Positions 62,522 to 64,000 of a stretch of 64,000 nt of DNA are shown here, piece by piece. Position numbers and translations under genes: made by a program. Numbering within the stretch: position 1 is the first letter of the stretch; the number at the start of each line of letters is the position of its first letter. Below the pieces are notes generated by a model, which was given only the letters and a program-made list of their open reading frames with translations, ran no database searches and was not told the origin of the DNA. The stretch is from Oscillospiraceae bacterium (lineage in GTDB: Bacteria > Bacillota > Clostridia > Oscillospirales > Ruminococcaceae), in NCBI GenBank assembly GCA_045546475.1, contig JAZQCT010000054.1:3342-67341 (forward strand), given 5' to 3'.

Positions 62522-63136
62522 TTATTCCCCCAGATATTTCACCGCGATCTGCGTCCGGTGTTCCAGTCCTGTCTTTTCAAGGATCGTGCTGATGTGGTTG
62601 CGCACGGTGCCGTTGGAGAGATAGAGCTTGTCGGCAATTTCCTGGTTGGACAGTCCCTTTGCGATCAGTTCCACGATCTCCTGTTCACGCTGGGAGAGCA
62701 GGGCGAAGATCTGCTTTTTGCCGCCGCCGACGCGCCCGCGGATGTACTGCAGAACGTCCTCCTGAAAGACATTGCCGCCCGTGCTGACGGTGCGGATCGC
62801 GTTGAAGATGCGCTCCGGCGGGCTGTTCTTCAGGATGTAGCCGCCCACGCCGAGCTTGAGTGCCTGGATGATGAAATCCTCCTCATCAAAGGTCGTCAGC
62901 AGGAGGGGACGCGCGAGATTTTCCTTCAGCAGAAAATCCGCGGCTTCAATGCCGTTCATCTCCGGCATCCGGATGTCGAGCAATGCCACATCCACATTGT
63001 TTTCACGGCATTTTGTGACCGCCTCCCTGCCGTTTTCGGCAGTGTCCGCAATGTGAAAATCCGGCTGTGTGCCGAGGAGCATTTTCAGCCCCTCGCGGAT
63101 GATGGAATCATCGTCAGCGATGAGAATGTTGATCAT
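62522..63136 (-). CDS. NarL/LuxR-family response regulator
   Basis: REC domain (ILIADDD, ALLDIRMPEMNG) plus C-terminal LuxR HTH (LSQREQEIVELIAKGLSNQEIADKLYLSNGTVRNHIS). Confidence 0.9.
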   Translation of the reverse strand: MINILIADDDSIIREGLKMLLGTQPDFHIADTAENGREAVTKCRENNVDVALLDIRMPEMNGIEAADFLLKENLARPLLLTTFDEEDFIIQALKLGVGGYILKNSPPERIFNAIRTVSTGGNVFQEDVLQYIRGRVGGGKKQIFALLSQREQEIVELIAKGLSNQEIADKLYLSNGTVRNHISTILEKTGLEHRTQIAVKYLGE

Positions 63137-63157
63137 GGTGTGTGGGTTCTCCTTTCT

Positions 63158-64000
63158 TTACCTGTTTGGGGTATGGGGCTTCTCCGACATGAACACCGTC
63201 GTCACCGAAAATCCCTCCATTGTACTGCGGAACAGTACGTTTCCGCCGTTGGCGGCGGTGCGTTCTTCGATGGCTTCGAGTCCCAGTCCCTTCTTGAATG
63301 TCCCGCTGCATACGCCGTTATCCTTGTATTCCACACGCAGGGCGCGGTTGAACATGCGGATGGAAAGCGTGAATTTTGTTGCCTTTCCGTGCTTTAAGGT
63401 GTTGGTCATGGTCTCTGTCAGATTGTCCTTGATGCACAGCCACAGGTGCATGGAGATCTCCTCCAGATCACCGGAGGTCTCCAGCGCAGTCTCCATATCG
63501 TAGGATGTGCCAAATTCCTCCAGCATCGTTTTCAGCTCGCTCAGCCCCAGACCCGCACGGTCGGGGCGTTCTTCATGCAGGGCTTTGCGGATGCTGTCCA
63601 CGCCGCCGCGCAGATTGTCGATCGCCGTCTGCATTGCTGTCTGTGCGCGTTCGGGATCGGCGGCAATGAGGTATTTTGCCCCCTCCAGCAGAATGATGCT
63701 CCCCGAAATATTATGCCCCAGCTCGTCATGGATGCGCGCGGCAAAGCGGTTGCGCTCCTCCAGTGCTGCTGTACTGCGCACGGAACGTACATATTCCTTA
63801 ATGCCGGAGATCTTCTTTCTTTGCGCGGCAAGCTCCGCGCTCTGCTCCGTGGTACGGCTTGTCAGCAGCGTGATCTTCCGGTTCAGAAACCGCATTGTTC
63901 CGAATGTGAGCAGCAGCGCAAGCGTCAGGAAGACCATCTGCATCGGCGGTCGGAACAGCAGGATGAGCAGGAGCGTGCAGACCCCGGTGATCTCCCAGAA
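63158..64000 (-). CDS. NarL-partner sensor histidine kinase (HisKA_3 type), N-terminus outside window
   Basis: H-box RFAARIHDELGHNISG and HATPase_c motifs. The frame stays open and hydrophobic to the window edge. Confidence 0.85.
   Translation of the reverse strand, partial: FWEITGVCTLLLILLFRPPMQMVFLTLALLLTFGTMRFLNRKITLLTSRTTEQSAELAAQRKKISGIKEYVRSVRSTAALEERNRFAARIHDELGHNISGSIILLEGAKYLIAADPERAQTAMQTAIDNLRGGVDSIRKALHEERPDRAGLGLSELKTMLEEFGTSYDMETALETSGDLEEISMHLWLCIKDNLTETMTNTLKHGKATKFTLSIRMFNRALRVEYKDNGVCSGTFKKGLGLEAIEERTAANGGNVLFRSTMEGFSVTTVFMSEKPHTPNR

Noticed and set aside
1-64000. Search for tRNA, rRNA, tmRNA, integrase, transposase, phage or plasmid genes.
   Set aside because: None of the intergenic regions shows tRNA-like cloverleaf sequence, and no ORF shows recombinase or transposase motifs. 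The MITE-like elements therefore appear non-autonomous within this window.

Overview
This 64-kb window looks like an ordinary chromosomal segment of a GC-rich Clostridia-type Firmicute. Supporting signs are a spoIIR gene, Shine-Dalgarno-led starts and many TTGACA-17-TATAAT promoters. Four proteins carry dockerin-like duplicated Ca-binding repeats, which suggests a cellulosome-producing Ruminococcus-like organism; that is inference, not proof.

I call 53 protein genes:
- Sugar uptake: an rbsC/rbsB/rbsK ribose operon.
- Housekeeping: ddh, recQ, tex, putP, pdp, ackA, aroK/aroE, nadA and a PHP phosphatase.
- Transport: three MATE efflux pumps.
- Secreted CAZymes: GH44-like, GH5, GH26, a clan GH-A enzyme with discoidin-type modules, and a Cthe_2159-like beta-helix protein.
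- Signalling: a FIST/EAL c-di-GMP protein and a NarL-type two-component pair.
- Cell wall: an FHA-RodA-PBP2 operon.
- Regulators: a PadR operon, a WYL regulator, and three consecutive sigma/anti-sigma modules.
- Surface: a sortase locus.

I saw no rRNA, tRNA, CRISPR array, integrase, transposase, prophage or recognisable defence genes.

The most unusual features are:
1. A sortase operon (56-61 kb) with two paralogous surface proteins. Their C-terminal sorting-like signal reads [VI]D[PE]TG rather than LPXTG, and the locus also holds an orphan ACP and a GTPase-DUF697 fusion.
2. A run of three sigma/anti-sigma pairs (38.9-45.8 kb). Two are tandem paralogs with swapped extracellular domains, and one drives a giant solute-binding-protein fusion lipoprotein.
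3. A very dense population of modular, hairpin-rich intergenic repeats. These include two MITE-like families with terminal inverted repeats and 3-bp TNA target duplications.
4. A six-cysteine tail on the ribose-binding lipoprotein.

None of these can be shown to be a new system from sequence alone. All family assignments rest on motif recognition by eye, not on database searches.
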